Positions 9,287 through 24,759 of a stretch of 25,930 nucleotides of DNA are shown here, one piece after another (positions within the stretch are counted from its first letter, which is position 1; each line of letters opens with the position of its first letter). The notes under the pieces were generated by a model that saw nothing but the letters and a program-made list of their open reading frames with translations, was not told the DNA's origin and ran no database searches. The stretch is taken from the IMG/VR virus record IMGVR_UViG_3300047283_000112, positions 1 to 25,930 of that record; one strand, written 5' to 3'. Source of the stretch: a virus. Lineage: Duplodnaviria; Caudoviricetes. The position numbers were made by a program, and so were the translations under genes.

Positions 9287-10342
9287 TTACCTCGTGTAGT
9301 ATGAAACGTTGGGAGTTAACATCACCGGCGACTTATCGCGCTCTTCAGCCTCGGCCTGTGTCAGCCAATAGTTGGCCTGACCATCAAGGTATTGGATTCG
9401 TCCAAGATCAACTCCAGGGAGTTGCAGTGACATCTGGTGTGATAACATCTTTTGCACCGCCGCTATCCAACGGTTGGGGACATACAGTTGATTTGACAGA
9501 TCTCCCACATCTTCAATCTGCTTTTCAATCACTAGCTGAAATACTTGGAAGTCATTGTTTGGTATCGGCCACACATACATCTGCGGGTTGATCTGACGAT
9601 CAAACCAATACTGCAAGGAGCGGTCGCTCTCAAACTGTTTATTTGGTAAGTTCCAGTAGTCGTCACGGTTTAGTCGTGCGAGCGGGATGTCTTGCTGCGT
9701 ATAAGAAAAAGAAAGGGCACGTAATGAGAACGTTGTGTTGCCGGTGTTACGAATGCGGAAGTTGTTGTGACCGGGGCTTGGGTCTACCGGAAAGTAGTAC
9801 CACTCTGAGTCTGCAAGCGTTACCGTAGGTAGTGTGTATCTTAGCGTCCAAGTAACCCCGTCCTCGCTGGTCTCATATACTAGGTTCAGCGTCTGCGCAC
9901 CGTATGAGTTAAACCCAACTTGGTAGATACGCTGAGCTGATCCATAGTTAGCGCCGAACCAATTATTTTGTAATGTTGACGTACCGAAGGTTACCAAATT
10001 GTTGTCGAACAGGTTTGGCGCGGTGGAGTTGCTCGCGGGTAGCGCCGCAGAGATTGCGGGCGTCACTAAATAGCGCCAGTTTGCCTCACGCACATCCACC
10101 GTGCCCTCCGGCAGTTGGATTATAGTCTGATCCTTGACCGTGCCCGCAAGATAAGTTTGTAGCATCCACAGGTTAACGCCTCGGTTCGACAGGTTTTGTA
10201 GGATGTAGAATAGCGCAAGTTTGCCCGCCTCAACGTACTCAGGCGTCTGCTCCTCCGCGGGCTTTCCAGCCTCACGGAAGGCAAACTCAATCATCTGCGC
10301 TACATTTACCTTGGTTTGGTTTGTGGTGCCTGAGTAGGCCAT
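9287..10342 (-). CDS. Head-tail adaptor / ring protein with an inserted discoidin (F5/8C)-like domain
   Basis: 351 aa; IEFAFREAG...LQNLSNRGVNLW N-terminus, YWFDRQINPQMYVWPIPN motif; central LFDNNLVT...SEDGVTW...FRIRN insertion. Confidence 0.6.
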   Translation of the reverse strand: MAYSGTTNQTKVNVAQMIEFAFREAGKPAEEQTPEYVEAGKLALFYILQNLSNRGVNLWMLQTYLAGTVKDQTIIQLPEGTVDVREANWRYLVTPAISAALPASNSTAPNLFDNNLVTFGTSTLQNNWFGANYGSAQRIYQVGFNSYGAQTLNLVYETSEDGVTWTLRYTLPTVTLADSEWYYFPVDPSPGHNNFRIRNTGNTTFSLRALSFSYTQQDIPLARLNRDDYWNLPNKQFESDRSLQYWFDRQINPQMYVWPIPNNDFQVFQLVIEKQIEDVGDLSNQLYVPNRWIAAVQKMLSHQMSLQLPGVDLGRIQYLDGQANYWLTQAEAEERDKSPVMLTPNVSYYTR

Positions 10343-10345
10343 TAC

Positions 10346-10525
10346 TTATCTCCCGCGTCCACTCGTCCGCTTTGGTGCGCTTGACTTAACGCGCGATGGC
10401 AGATTCTTCTGTGCCTTGCCTGCGGCAACAAACTCCTTGCCGACCTTCTTTGGGATGCCAAGGGTAGACTTACCCTCGGCTGCGGCGTACATCGCGCCAA
10501 GTTGTGCCTTTGACTTGATTGGCAT
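10346..10525 (-). CDS. Small basic hypothetical protein (59 aa; start revised to ATG at 10525)
   Basis: [19 protein letters not shown]...RTSGRGR; the ATG lies 1 nt after the upstream stop (10527-10529), removing the 35-nt overlap of the ORF-track call. Confidence 0.75.
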   Translation of the reverse strand: MPIKSKAQLGAMYAAAEGKSTLGIPKKVGKEFVAAGKAQKNLPSRVKSSAPKRTSGRGR

Positions 10526-10526
10526 C

Positions 10527-11129
10527 TTAGTATGCCTTACCGCCGGAGCAGTAATTACCAATCGCTTGCAGTCCGCGCATTAGGCTTTGCTTATCCATGT
10601 CATTCATTGCGCCCATGCCTTGTGCGCTTGGGTTTCCAAGTGCCGAAGACGGCGCGCTCATTGTCCCAACGCCCTGACCGAACACTTGCCCTCCGGGAGC
10701 AAACGCAGGCATCGCTTGGGGTGGCGCGTCCATGGGCGCGCTAGGTGCCGTTGCCATGGCCGGAGCGACCTCCTCAACCACCGTCGTTGTCTCAACCACG
10801 GGCTTCATCTTTTTGGTCTTAGCGATTGCTTTCTTGTCACTCTTATCTTTCTTCATGCCCACGGCTTTACTGTCATACCGTTTGGCTGTGCCAGTTTCCT
10901 TCTTGGATCGTCCGCCATTCTTTAACTTGATCTCAGTCTTTGGCTCGCCCTTGTGCTGCTTTGCCTCATGCTGACCCACAGCCTTTTTGATCATCTTCTT
11001 GTCTTTGGAGATGTCCTTCTTCTCCTCAGAGCGCTCCTCTTTCTTCATTTCCTTTTTGGAGACGTAGCCGCCCTCCTTGAAACAAGGCAGGTCGCACTTC
11101 ATCTTTGGGTTTGCTTTAAATCCTTCCAT
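10527..11129 (-). CDS. Lys-rich low-complexity protein, candidate capsid-internal/DNA-condensing protein
   Basis: 200 aa, AAGGAG SD; Lys-rich N-terminal half, Ala/Pro/Met-rich C-terminal half, four hydrophobic-x-x-GG motifs. Confidence 0.6.
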   Translation of the reverse strand: MEGFKANPKMKCDLPCFKEGGYVSKKEMKKEERSEEKKDISKDKKMIKKAVGQHEAKQHKGEPKTEIKLKNGGRSKKETGTAKRYDSKAVGMKKDKSDKKAIAKTKKMKPVVETTTVVEEVAPAMATAPSAPMDAPPQAMPAFAPGGQVFGQGVGTMSAPSSALGNPSAQGMGAMNDMDKQSLMRGLQAIGNYCSGGKAY

Positions 11130-11140
11130 GGTACTTCTCC

Positions 11141-11605
11141 TTACTTTTGTAATCCAGTTAAATAGACCGTGCGGCCGTCCTTTTTTACTGCTGTCAGTGC
11201 TTCATTCTTTAGCTTGCTCGGGTCATATGATACGTGCACCCAACCAGAGTCTGGCACGCCCTGCGTGTAGAACTCCAGGATAACCTGAGTAAACTTCAGG
11301 TTGTCGGCGATCCACTTCGCGAGCTCGTAGTTAGACACGCCAGGAATCTCAATGTCCGCGGCCTGCCCCTTGCAGTGATCCGATGTGGGGCTGCCACCGA
11401 CCGCCTGGTTAACGGCTGGCGCGCGGAACCCGGAGTTGCACTTGACGCCCCTCTTGAAGTGATCGCGGACGGGCTGTAGCACGTTCTGCGCGAGCGCCAT
11501 GAGCGCCTCAATCTGCTGCTCGTTTGGCGTGTTGTCGATGCCGTGACGCAGCGCGGCATCGCTCTTCGTCATCTCGGACAGCGTGAAGTTTGGTGAGAGG
11601 TTCAT
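11141..11605 (-). CDS. Endolysin, peptidase M15A family (Zn-dependent)
   Basis: NLSPNFTLSEM N-terminus; SGFR...NQAVGGSPTSDHCKGQAAD (H-x6-D) and WVHVSY motifs supply the His/Asp/His zinc ligands. Confidence 0.9.
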   Translation of the reverse strand: MNLSPNFTLSEMTKSDAALRHGIDNTPNEQQIEALMALAQNVLQPVRDHFKRGVKCNSGFRAPAVNQAVGGSPTSDHCKGQAADIEIPGVSNYELAKWIADNLKFTQVILEFYTQGVPDSGWVHVSYDPSKLKNEALTAVKKDGRTVYLTGLQK

Positions 11606-11976
11606 CGCTTAGACCACCCCGCCGTTATCCGTGTGCCAAACAAGAAACCGAAGGCTATGTTCGCGGCCTCCAACGCAACGGTTTGCACCTTCACGTCAAG
11701 CCCCGGCACAAAGATTGAGATGATTCCAGCGGCGATTACGCCAAGCGCGCCAATGTACCGGCTAGACGCTCTGAGATCTACCACCCACTGGCTTGGGTTG
11801 CCGAAGGGATTATCCAGCTTGGCTAGGGCCTCGAGTTTGGACACCTCTGCCTGGTCGAGCTGGATAATCTCCGCGACGCTGGTGGGCTTCGCGCCGCCAG
11901 AGAACTTTGTGACTACTTGCTTGATCGCCTCGGCGCCTATTGGAACCAGGGCGCCTACGATTGTCTCAACTATCAC
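11602..11976 (-). CDS. Putative holin
   Basis: 124 aa; hydrophobic N-terminus plus two C-terminal hydrophobic helices ending FGFLFGTR; ATGA-coupled to the endolysin. Confidence 0.6.
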   Translation of the reverse strand: MIVETIVGALVPIGAEAIKQVVTKFSGGAKPTSVAEIIQLDQAEVSKLEALAKLDNPFGNPSQWVVDLRASSRYIGALGVIAAGIISIFVPGLDVKVQTVALEAANIAFGFLFGTRITAGWSKR

Positions 11977-12171
11977 TTGTCTGCCTTGTCCTCGAGCTTG
12001 TCGAATATGCGGATGAGCATGCTCTTGATCTCGTCAATGTCGCGCTTGAAGTCGTCCTTGGTGACGTATATCAGCGGCAGCTCCGCGATCCGGTCCTCAA
12101 TGCGGATGATCGACTTTGAGAGGCTGTTCAGGACCCAACCGCCAAAGAAGCCGGCCAAGCCAATCGCTATG

Positions 12172-12194
<23 letters not shown>
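11973..12194 (-). CDS. Single-pass membrane protein with coiled coil (holin/antiholin-like)
   Basis: 73 aa; LINIAIGLAGFFGGWVL transmembrane segment followed by a charged heptad region; in the lysis cassette. Confidence 0.6.
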
Positions 12195-14812
<2,618 letters not shown>

Positions 14813-14826
14813 ACCGGCCCCTCATA

Positions 14827-15351
14827 TCAGGCGGGCCAGCTCTGTCCTCCAAGAACCTCGATCAGCTCTTCGACGTTAGCGCAGCCCGAAATGGCCGACT
14901 CCAAGCGGTCAGCCTCTGATACTACTAATGCACGTTTTGAGGCTATTTCGGCCGGGATCTCAACCCCGCGCTCGTACCTGCGGGTGACGTACCAGTCGGT
15001 TTGGGCGAGCAACTTGCCCGCGGTGTCCTTGACCTGTGAGATGTGGTGGGTCTTCAGACCCGCCTGCACGTACGGCTCGCCGTAGACTGGCGCGGACTCC
15101 TCGTATGGCTCGCCCTCCTCCGGGGTGATCGTCTGCGTCTCGTACCCGGTGACCGGTGTGACGGTCTCGTCGTTGAGCTGCTTGGGGTTGTTCGGTCCCC
15201 AGTAGAAGCGCTCGTCGTACCACTCGGGGTCTGGGTGCTCGGTGACGCCCAGCTCGGCCCTGAGCTGCGGGTCGCGCAGGTGGGGGTATGTTATGCCCTC
15301 GATGGTGATCGGGTTGTTGATGTTGATAGGCGTGTCGTTTAGCTTGTGCAT
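14827..15351 (-). CDS. Putative tail fibre assembly chaperone
   Basis: 174 aa directly after the giant adhesin; LLAQTDWYVTR motif typical of phage fibre chaperones. Confidence 0.6.
   Translation of the reverse strand: MHKLNDTPININNPITIEGITYPHLRDPQLRAELGVTEHPDPEWYDERFYWGPNNPKQLNDETVTPVTGYETQTITPEEGEPYEESAPVYGEPYVQAGLKTHHISQVKDTAGKLLAQTDWYVTRRYERGVEIPAEIASKRALVVSEADRLESAISGCANVEELIEVLGGQSWPA
14913..14932 (-). promoter_or_regulatory. Putative intragenic late promoter motif, copy 3 (TGCATTAGTAGTATCAGAGG)
   Basis: First 11 nt identical to the 5015-5034 copy; coincides with an A-ending codon run in a gene of mostly G/C-ending codons; about 100 nt upstream of the glycosyltransferase ATG. Confidence 0.45.
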
Positions 15352-15353
15352 GA

Positions 15354-18300
15354 TTATCTTGCCCTAGAGTACTTAAATGGAAATTCTGCGAAGGCGGCGT
15401 ATATGTAGGTTCCGCTGCCGTTTACCCCGGTGTCGGTGGATCGAAGCTTAAAACCATTAGACAGCAAGTCTAAAAAATCTTGTGTTCCCTCTGCGTTGGC
15501 TAGATTAGGAAACAGCGGGTCGTTGTCTACGTTGTAGCCTTCCCGCTTGTAGTCCATAAGACACCAGCTCTCAACAGCGGATGAGCGTTTGATCAACACA
15601 TAGGCTGGGCGAAAGCCCGTGTAAATGAATGGCCCGTCTGTTGATGCATTGCCCGTGTACGTGCCGAAGGCGCTGAACCCGCTTATTGGGGCGAAGCAGT
15701 ACGCTACGTAAGTTTGGCTTGATGTATTCACACCAACCGCGGTTCCAATACTAAAAACAGAGGATGTGGGCGCGGTGCCGTTCCACACCGTTGCTGCTAA
15801 TTGTTGAGCGTCCGTCGTGTTCAAAGATAGATAATATGAAGCAGACGTGAGTCTGACGTGATAAACCGCCCAACCGTTTGTGCCACTTGTTTGTTTAACA
15901 ATAACCATGCTCGGAGCCACGCCCAGGCCATGACCCACCGTGGCGTTGGCCCCCGTCCCAGTGTACGTTACGATGGAGCACCCGCTGGTGGTGTTCGCGC
16001 TGACCGTTGACGATATGGTCCCCGCCGTGTTCGCCACGCCCGTTCCGTTCGCCCTCCACGCCCACGCCACGTATGTTGCGCTTAGCTGATCGTAGTATGC
16101 GTACCCGTCTGGGTTTGTTCCGCTTCCTGCCGAACCTCTGGTGAAGGTAACCCCGGTTGGGTCAAATGATGATAGGTACCCGTATGTTGCGCTATTACCC
16201 GCTCCTGCCGCAGCAGTGTCATTGGAAGCCAGGGATTTTACGGACCCGCCGCCACGAACAGAATCATAAAGTTGATGGGAATAGGCAGCACTTCTTATTT
16301 TGCTCCACCATAAGTCTGGGGCAAACTGTAAACCGCTGATTGACCGAGTCGTTCCTGTGTCTGCGCCCGTCCATAAGCTAACATCAAAATAGTCGCTGGC
16401 CTGTGTGCTGCTCGTCGTGCCGATCGTTGGGGTGGGCAGGTTCGTTGAGACCAGGCACTTGAACCCGGCCGGGGCGGTGTACGAGAAAGCTCTTTGGCCG
16501 AAATTGACATCTACAGAGGTTGATGTTCCGTATAATGAGATTGTGGGGGAATAAACGAACCCCGTTATGCCAGAGTACGCTGGATTTGTTCCGGCAACCG
16601 GGTCTCCCGAAGCAAACCATGTGCCGTTTTTGCTGAACCATATCTTGCCACTGTCCGCGTCAAACGCGACGCCCATTATGTCGTTTATTGCGAACGCCGT
16701 GCCATAGTTTGTGTTTACGTTGTTGTTAAACTTTTGACCGCTAAAAAATGAGCAGCCGTAACCGTATGCGTCCTGTCCCACAAAAGAACTTAAGGATTGT
16801 TTGTCCCAAGCCCAACCAATCATTGGGTAATTTGTTCCGTTTATTGTGCTAGTTGTTTGGCACTCAAAGTACCACTTCCCTGATGTTATGCCTTGTATGG
16901 TCGTCCTTGACGATGACCAAGACGCAGTTGTTCGGCTTGCGAGTAGGTTGCCGTTTGACAGCGTAAGGGAGCTATCTAATGGGTTCATGGTGCAGTAGTT
17001 GCCCCTGACCTGGCCCCCGATTCCGGTGTCCGTGCCATAGTCAGAGACCGTGTCCGTTAGGCTGTCGTTGCCAACGCCCGCGGTGACGGATATGTTCGCG
17101 GGGGTCCACTGCTGGAATCCCACGTCCTGCACGTTGTACGCGAACGCTGCCGCGGGCGGTGTGAACGCGCCCGAGTAGCGTCCGGCTCCGACGGTGAACC
17201 GTATGTCCTGCAAGTACCCGATGAAGGGGTTCGATGTGGCTTCGGTGCCGTTCTGCCCTATCCAGATCGGGCTCGTGTCGTCGGCCACCAAAAACGCGGT
17301 TGGGGTCGCCGAGTTGAGCAGCGCCCCGTTTAGAAACGACCGGTAGGTTGTGCCAATCCTTGTCAGCGCGAAGTGGTACCAGGTGTTAGCCGCGATCGTT
17401 CCGGCGGAGGATGTGAATGTGTAATTCCAGGAGGTGTTGTCGGAGTCGCCTACGTTAAAAATAATTGTGGAGGTAGCAAGAACAATGATAATTCCGCGGG
17501 CTGTTTGAGAGGCCCTTCTTACTATTATATTTTGAAAGGCGAGGGCTACCGTGGTCGTGTAGAACCAGCCCTCGATTGTGAAGTCCTTGTTTGTTGCGGT
17601 GGTCTGCGACCCGCTCAGGTAGAGCTCCACCCTGGGCGGCACGACCAGGTAGTCGCCGCTCCCGTCGAAGGACACGCTAGACTCGCCCCACTTCTTGACC
17701 GCGGTGCTCACCTGTGCGTTGCCCACGGTCTCAATGTTGTTAATCCCGGTCGCGTCGTATATGCCGGCGTTGGTCGCGTTCAGGAGCAGGGACGTGTTGC
17801 TGATGTTCGTGGGCGGCAGAACCGGTGGGACGAATGGTGTCGTGTATAGCGCGGTGCCGTTAAGTATTCGGAGGTTGGAGATATAACCAGCAAAAGAGCC
17901 GCCAGACCACCCTCCGGTTAATAACCCTAATGTTGAATCTGATTGCGGTGTTCCGGTCTTTGTTCCGCTTCCGTCTAAAACTCCATTGATATACAGCCTG
18001 ATTGATGAATTAGAGTTGTTATACACAAAAGCAATGTGTGTCCAAACATTTAGAGGTATATCCGCAGATGACTGAACAGATTGCGGACTCCCACTAAAAT
18101 AAGCAAATCTAAGTTTTTGAGCGTTAATACCAAAACCCCAATAGTTTGTGTTTCCTGCAGTTGCGGCGTTTGTGACAACGCTTGGATAGTTATTAGTGTA
18201 GGTGACAGAAGCAGTTGGGTAAATCCACGCCTCAATTGTTGTGGATTGAGAATACCAATTCGTTAAAGTACTATTATTTGTTGCATAAGATAAACGGTCC

Positions 18301-21241
18301 CCCGTGCCGTCGAAGTACATCGACCCGCCGTTGCTCGCGGCGGTCCATGACGTGGTGGGGATGAAGGGCGATACGGGAGAGATCGCGGTGTTGCCGTTGG
18401 CGACCTGTGCCACGTTCAGGATGGAGTTGTCCAGCACACGGTTGGATTGGCAGGCGAGCGTCATCGTGCCTGGTATTGCGGTGAGCGGCGCGGTTGGCGG
18501 GGTGAAGTTGCCGGTGTACACCGCTCTGCCGCGCACAAACCGCAGGTTGGAGATGTATCCCGCAAAGTAGTTCGTGACGGCGTTCGTCTTGGCGCCGATG
18601 GTTGGGTTGCCCGTGAACATCGTTGGGTCTTGAAATGAGGCATTCGACGCCAAAGCTATAACGCCAAAGGCCTTGCCGTCGATGTAGCAGGTTATGTTGG
18701 TGCCGGAGTCACGAACCATTGCTATGTGGTGCCACTGGTTTATCTTGATAGACCCGGACGGGGAGCTCGTGGTTATGTCGGTCCGGTTTGTCGCTCGCAC
18801 GTTAAAGGAGACCACGCCCGTGCTTCCGTTTACAACACCCGCTATGACGTCAGTGTTCGTGCAGTAGTACTGCCACACGGTTTGTGTTGTGGCGGTGCTG
18901 TTCGTGTTGATCCACGCCTCCCACGTCCACAGCCCCGTGCCGAGGTTGTACGTTGGCGTTCCGGAGGGCGAGGAGATGTAGTCCCCGTTGCCGTCGAAGT
19001 ACGTGGACCAGGCCTGCACGGGCCGGGTGGTGTAGTTGATCGGGTTGCCGAATGGGTTGTTCAGCGTGAGTGGGTATGAGTTCCCGTTGACCGTGATTGC
19101 GAACGCGTTCGGGCTGGTGTCCACGAACGTGCTCGACTGACACGTGAGCAGGGAGGTTCCGGAGATTGCGGTAAATGGTGCACTTGGAACAGACGAATCC
19201 GCTGTGCCAACTAATATTCTAAAATTAGAAATATATCCATTAAGATTTTGAAGCACAGAACCATTAACTCTTGCTGCGCCAATTACCATGCCATTTGTTG
19301 TATCAGAAAATGTCTTGGTATCAGTTACAGATCCAATGGATACTCCATTTCTATAAACAGTAACAGTGCTTCCGCTCCGAACCCATGCCATATAAAACCA
19401 AGTGTTTAATGTTTGGGTAAATGTTCCATTAACATCAACTTGGGTTCCTTGCCCATTAAATGATCGCCATTGGTTTCCGGTTCCAAGACGAGCAACAAAG
19501 TTTCCGTTAAATCCAGAAGTATAATAATTGTAACTACTACAAATTGCTGGTCCTTCGGAATCTCCTGCTGCCAACATATAAACCCAGCAGCCAATAGTAA
19601 AATCTCCACTACCAAGCGATGTTCCGCTTGTCATACTCAAATAATCCCCCGTGCCGTCGAAGTAGCCCGACCAGGCTGTCATGCCGAACGGGTTCGTCGG
19701 GAGTGGCTGCGAGTTGCCGACGGTTGTGATTGTGAAGGCGTTCGTGGAGTTGTCTATGAACTGGCTGCTCTGGCAGGTGAGCAGCGAGGTGTTCGTAATC
19801 GCGGTGAGCGGCGCGGTGGGCACGGGCAAAGTTGTGGCTGTTGCGTCGTATCCGGATGGCAACGTACCCTTTGTCATCCGGTAATTGCTCATATACCCCA
19901 AAATTGGGTTACCACCTCGAGCCTGTCCGATGAAAAGGCCGTTGGTTGAATTTATGTCGGTTGTGCACGCGGTTGATGACGCGGCACCCACACCGTTTAA
20001 GTACAACCTGATAACGCCGGAGTTTCTTACTACGGCGACGTGGTTCCACGTGTTGAGCGAAAGAGTTCCGCCGGTTATGGTTGCGCCGCCCGTGCCATTC
20101 CAAATAAAGGACAGCAGCAATGCGTTTGTGATATAGAATGAGTATCCAGATGTTCCTGCGACTCCTTTTCCGTTAAACCCCTGGTTGTTCCCCGTTGTGC
20201 CCGTTATGTAAACCCAGCACTCCATGCAAAAACTGTCCGTGTTGGGGTCTAGTGCGGCATTATTTGCAACAGTTAAATAATCCCCCGTGCCATCAAAGTA
20301 CCCAGAGTAGTACCCGTTCGCCTGGGTGGTGCCACCTCCGAACGCGAACGGTGAGAAGTTGCCCTGGGTGGTGTTACCGTTCCGGGTGATCGTGAAGTTG
20401 TTCGTGGAGCTGTCCAGGAAGGTGTTGTTCTGCGCGCCGTTCGTGTTCGTCGTGTTGATCAGGAGCGTGTTGTAGGGCCAGTACCCGTCCTGGCCGGTTA
20501 CCTTCTTGTTCTGGCCTAGGTCTACCGCGAGGGCGTTTGAGCTAAAGGGCAGGTAGAAGCCATTGGTTCCGTACGCGCCCGTGTAACCAGTTGAGATCGG
20601 GATCAGCTGCCCGGTGGTGGAGGATGTCTCGGTGAAGGACGCTGGGGTGAGAGCCAGGCCGTCGACGAAGTACACCTCGGCGAGGTAGCCAGAAAAGTAC
20701 TCCCCAACGGCATTTTGAAAACCAATTGCGTGTACATAACCTGGTGCATTAACAAATAGTTGCGCGTATTGAGCAACGGTGGTTGTAGTTGTCAGCGTCT
20801 GCAACACGCCGTTAATGTAGATGCTTACTCTATTGGCGGCTGTTGACTGAGTGGTGTCAATAGCGACCAGCACATGGTACCACGCGGAGACATCCCTAAA
20901 AACCGCGACGGTTGCGTAGTTTGCTGTGGCAGTGGGTGTGCTATTTTGTGAATAAAACAAAAGATTGTTGTTTGTTTCTAAACGAAAAATTGTTGATTCG
21001 CTTCCTGATGACCTGGCAGCAAAAACATTTTGTAGCGTACCGAGTGCAGATCTTTTGACCCAACCAGCCCACGTCCAGGTTGTCCTGCTACCCTGAAGCG
21101 TTGGCGTGTACGAGAAGTACGCTGTGTCAGCCGGGTTGAAGCGAACGCTCCCGGGTGATGTGTAGGAGGGCGCGGGCGCCGGGCCGAAGCCTGGCGACCC
21201 AACGCTCTGCGCTATGGTTCCTCCGCTGGGGTATACCGGCA

Positions 21242-21242
<1 letters not shown>
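15354..21242 (-). CDS. Giant virion adhesin: six LamG/ConA-like lectin domains, a SPRY-like domain and a C-terminal beta-repeat domain
   Basis: 1962 aa; five FDG(T/N/S)GD...GY(I/M/L)(S/Q)(N/D)xR units plus an N-terminal AWYHVLVAIDT unit; SGKWYFE...GVAFDADSGKIWFSKNG...NFGQ SPRY signature. Confidence 0.85.
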
Positions 21243-23810
<2,568 letters not shown>

Positions 23811-23812
23811 TA

Positions 23813-24118
23813 CTAGCCCTTAACACCAGATTGGACCACGGTGAGCGTGTCACCGGCCGTGCCACCTGAAAGGCGAATGGCTCTGTAGGGCTGCCCGATA
23901 AAGCCGGCGCCGTTGGGTTGGTCGGTGGGCGCGGAGACCCAGGTAAATGTTGCCGCTGTGAAGTCACCATTCACGACGGGGTACGGGTCTGTCAGGGAGA
24001 CCTGGACAGTGCCTCCACCCGTCTTCGCGTACGAGACGCTGAACGGGTTTTGGTACTGATCCAGAACCACCGCGGGGGTGGCTCCGGTCCCATCAGTGGT
24101 CACGGTTGTTTGACGCAT
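23813..24118 (-). CDS. Small beta-rich hypothetical virion protein
   Basis: 101 aa, GGAG SD, Thr/Gly/Val-rich, PYRAIRL motif. Confidence 0.65.
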   Translation of the reverse strand: MRQTTVTTDGTGATPAVVLDQYQNPFSVSYAKTGGGTVQVSLTDPYPVVNGDFTAATFTWVSAPTDQPNGAGFIGQPYRAIRLSGGTAGDTLTVVQSGVKG

Positions 24119-24131
24119 GATGGTTCTCCAA

Positions 24132-24593
24132 TTAGTTGTTAGTGAAGCCTTCGCCCGTCGGGGTGATCGTGCCGTCAGAGTTGCGGTCTGTGTAAACCAC
24201 GGAAAGAACCCCGGCAGAAGCTGCCTCAGATGCCAGCGTAACCGTAACGTCTGACGTTCCGACGTTGGCTAGACGGTTAGCGACCGCGGCGGAGCCTGTC
24301 AGCGTGGCAGAGATCTGTCCGAGTGCTGTGGTCGTGATAGTTCCAACTGCGGTTGTGGTGCCGCCGCCAACGATTGACACCGCGCGTGACGCTGCGCCGA
24401 CTACGTTTAGGTAGGCGGTGATGCTGTGCACAATAGAGCCCGCGGGGATTACGATGGTTGCCGCGGCGCCTGCCACGATAGCTACCTGGCGTGAGCATAC
24501 AGCCGCGCCGTAGTTGCTGGTGGAGATGGTGCCGTCGTTGCTGGTGGTTTGGCGTGTGCCGATCCGAATTGGACCGGTAAAGGTCGTTGACAT
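24132..24593 (-). CDS. Putative capsid decoration/minor head protein
   Basis: 153 aa, MSTTFTGPIRIG N-terminus, IPAGSIV motif, AAGGA SD; first gene after the capsid gene and the structured RNA. Confidence 0.6.
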   Translation of the reverse strand: MSTTFTGPIRIGTRQTTSNDGTISTSNYGAAVCSRQVAIVAGAAATIVIPAGSIVHSITAYLNVVGAASRAVSIVGGGTTTAVGTITTTALGQISATLTGSAAVANRLANVGTSDVTVTLASEAASAGVLSVVYTDRNSDGTITPTGEGFTNN

Positions 24594-24599
24594 GTTGTA

Positions 24600-24683
24600 T
24601 TTCCTTGCTTAGAGGTCACCCCAATCCGTCGCTAAGCCGTCTGCCGGGAAGAGGTCGGCAGTCTGAGTGGGGCTGAATCTTCC
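24600..24683 (-). ncRNA. Structured RNA, candidate Mu-gpT-DE (Mu-like gpT downstream element) motif
   Basis: Four complementary pairings visible in 84 nt, three GAC linkers, and location directly downstream of a gpT-like capsid gene. Family assignment rests on context and recall, not on a covariance-model search. Confidence 0.65.
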
Positions 24684-24699
24684 TATGACTACCTATGCA
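24680..24699 (-). promoter_or_regulatory. Putative phage late promoter motif, copy 1 (TGCATAGGTAGTCATAGGAA)
   Basis: Begins 11 nt after the terminator T-tract and ends at the 5' edge of the structured RNA; 16/20 match to 5015-5034. Confidence 0.6.
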
Positions 24700-24710
24700 C
24701 AAAATTCAAT

Positions 24711-24740
24711 AAAAAAGCCCCAGAGGGTCACTCTGGGGCT
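24711..24740 (-). terminator. Rho-independent terminator after the major capsid gene
   Basis: Minus strand AGCCCCAGAG-TGACC-CTCTGGGGCT-TTTTT: perfect 10-bp stem, 5-nt loop, U-tract, 19 nt after the stop codon. Confidence 0.9.
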
Positions 24741-24759
24741 CTTCTTGCTGCTAGACTGC

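Noticed and set aside
10526-10561. ORF-track N-terminal extension of the small basic protein
   Set aside because: Overlaps the upstream gene; the ATG at 10525 fits the coupling pattern better.
24680-24710. Sigma70 promoter using TTGAAT as -35
   Set aside because: No acceptable -10 hexamer at 16-18 nt spacing.
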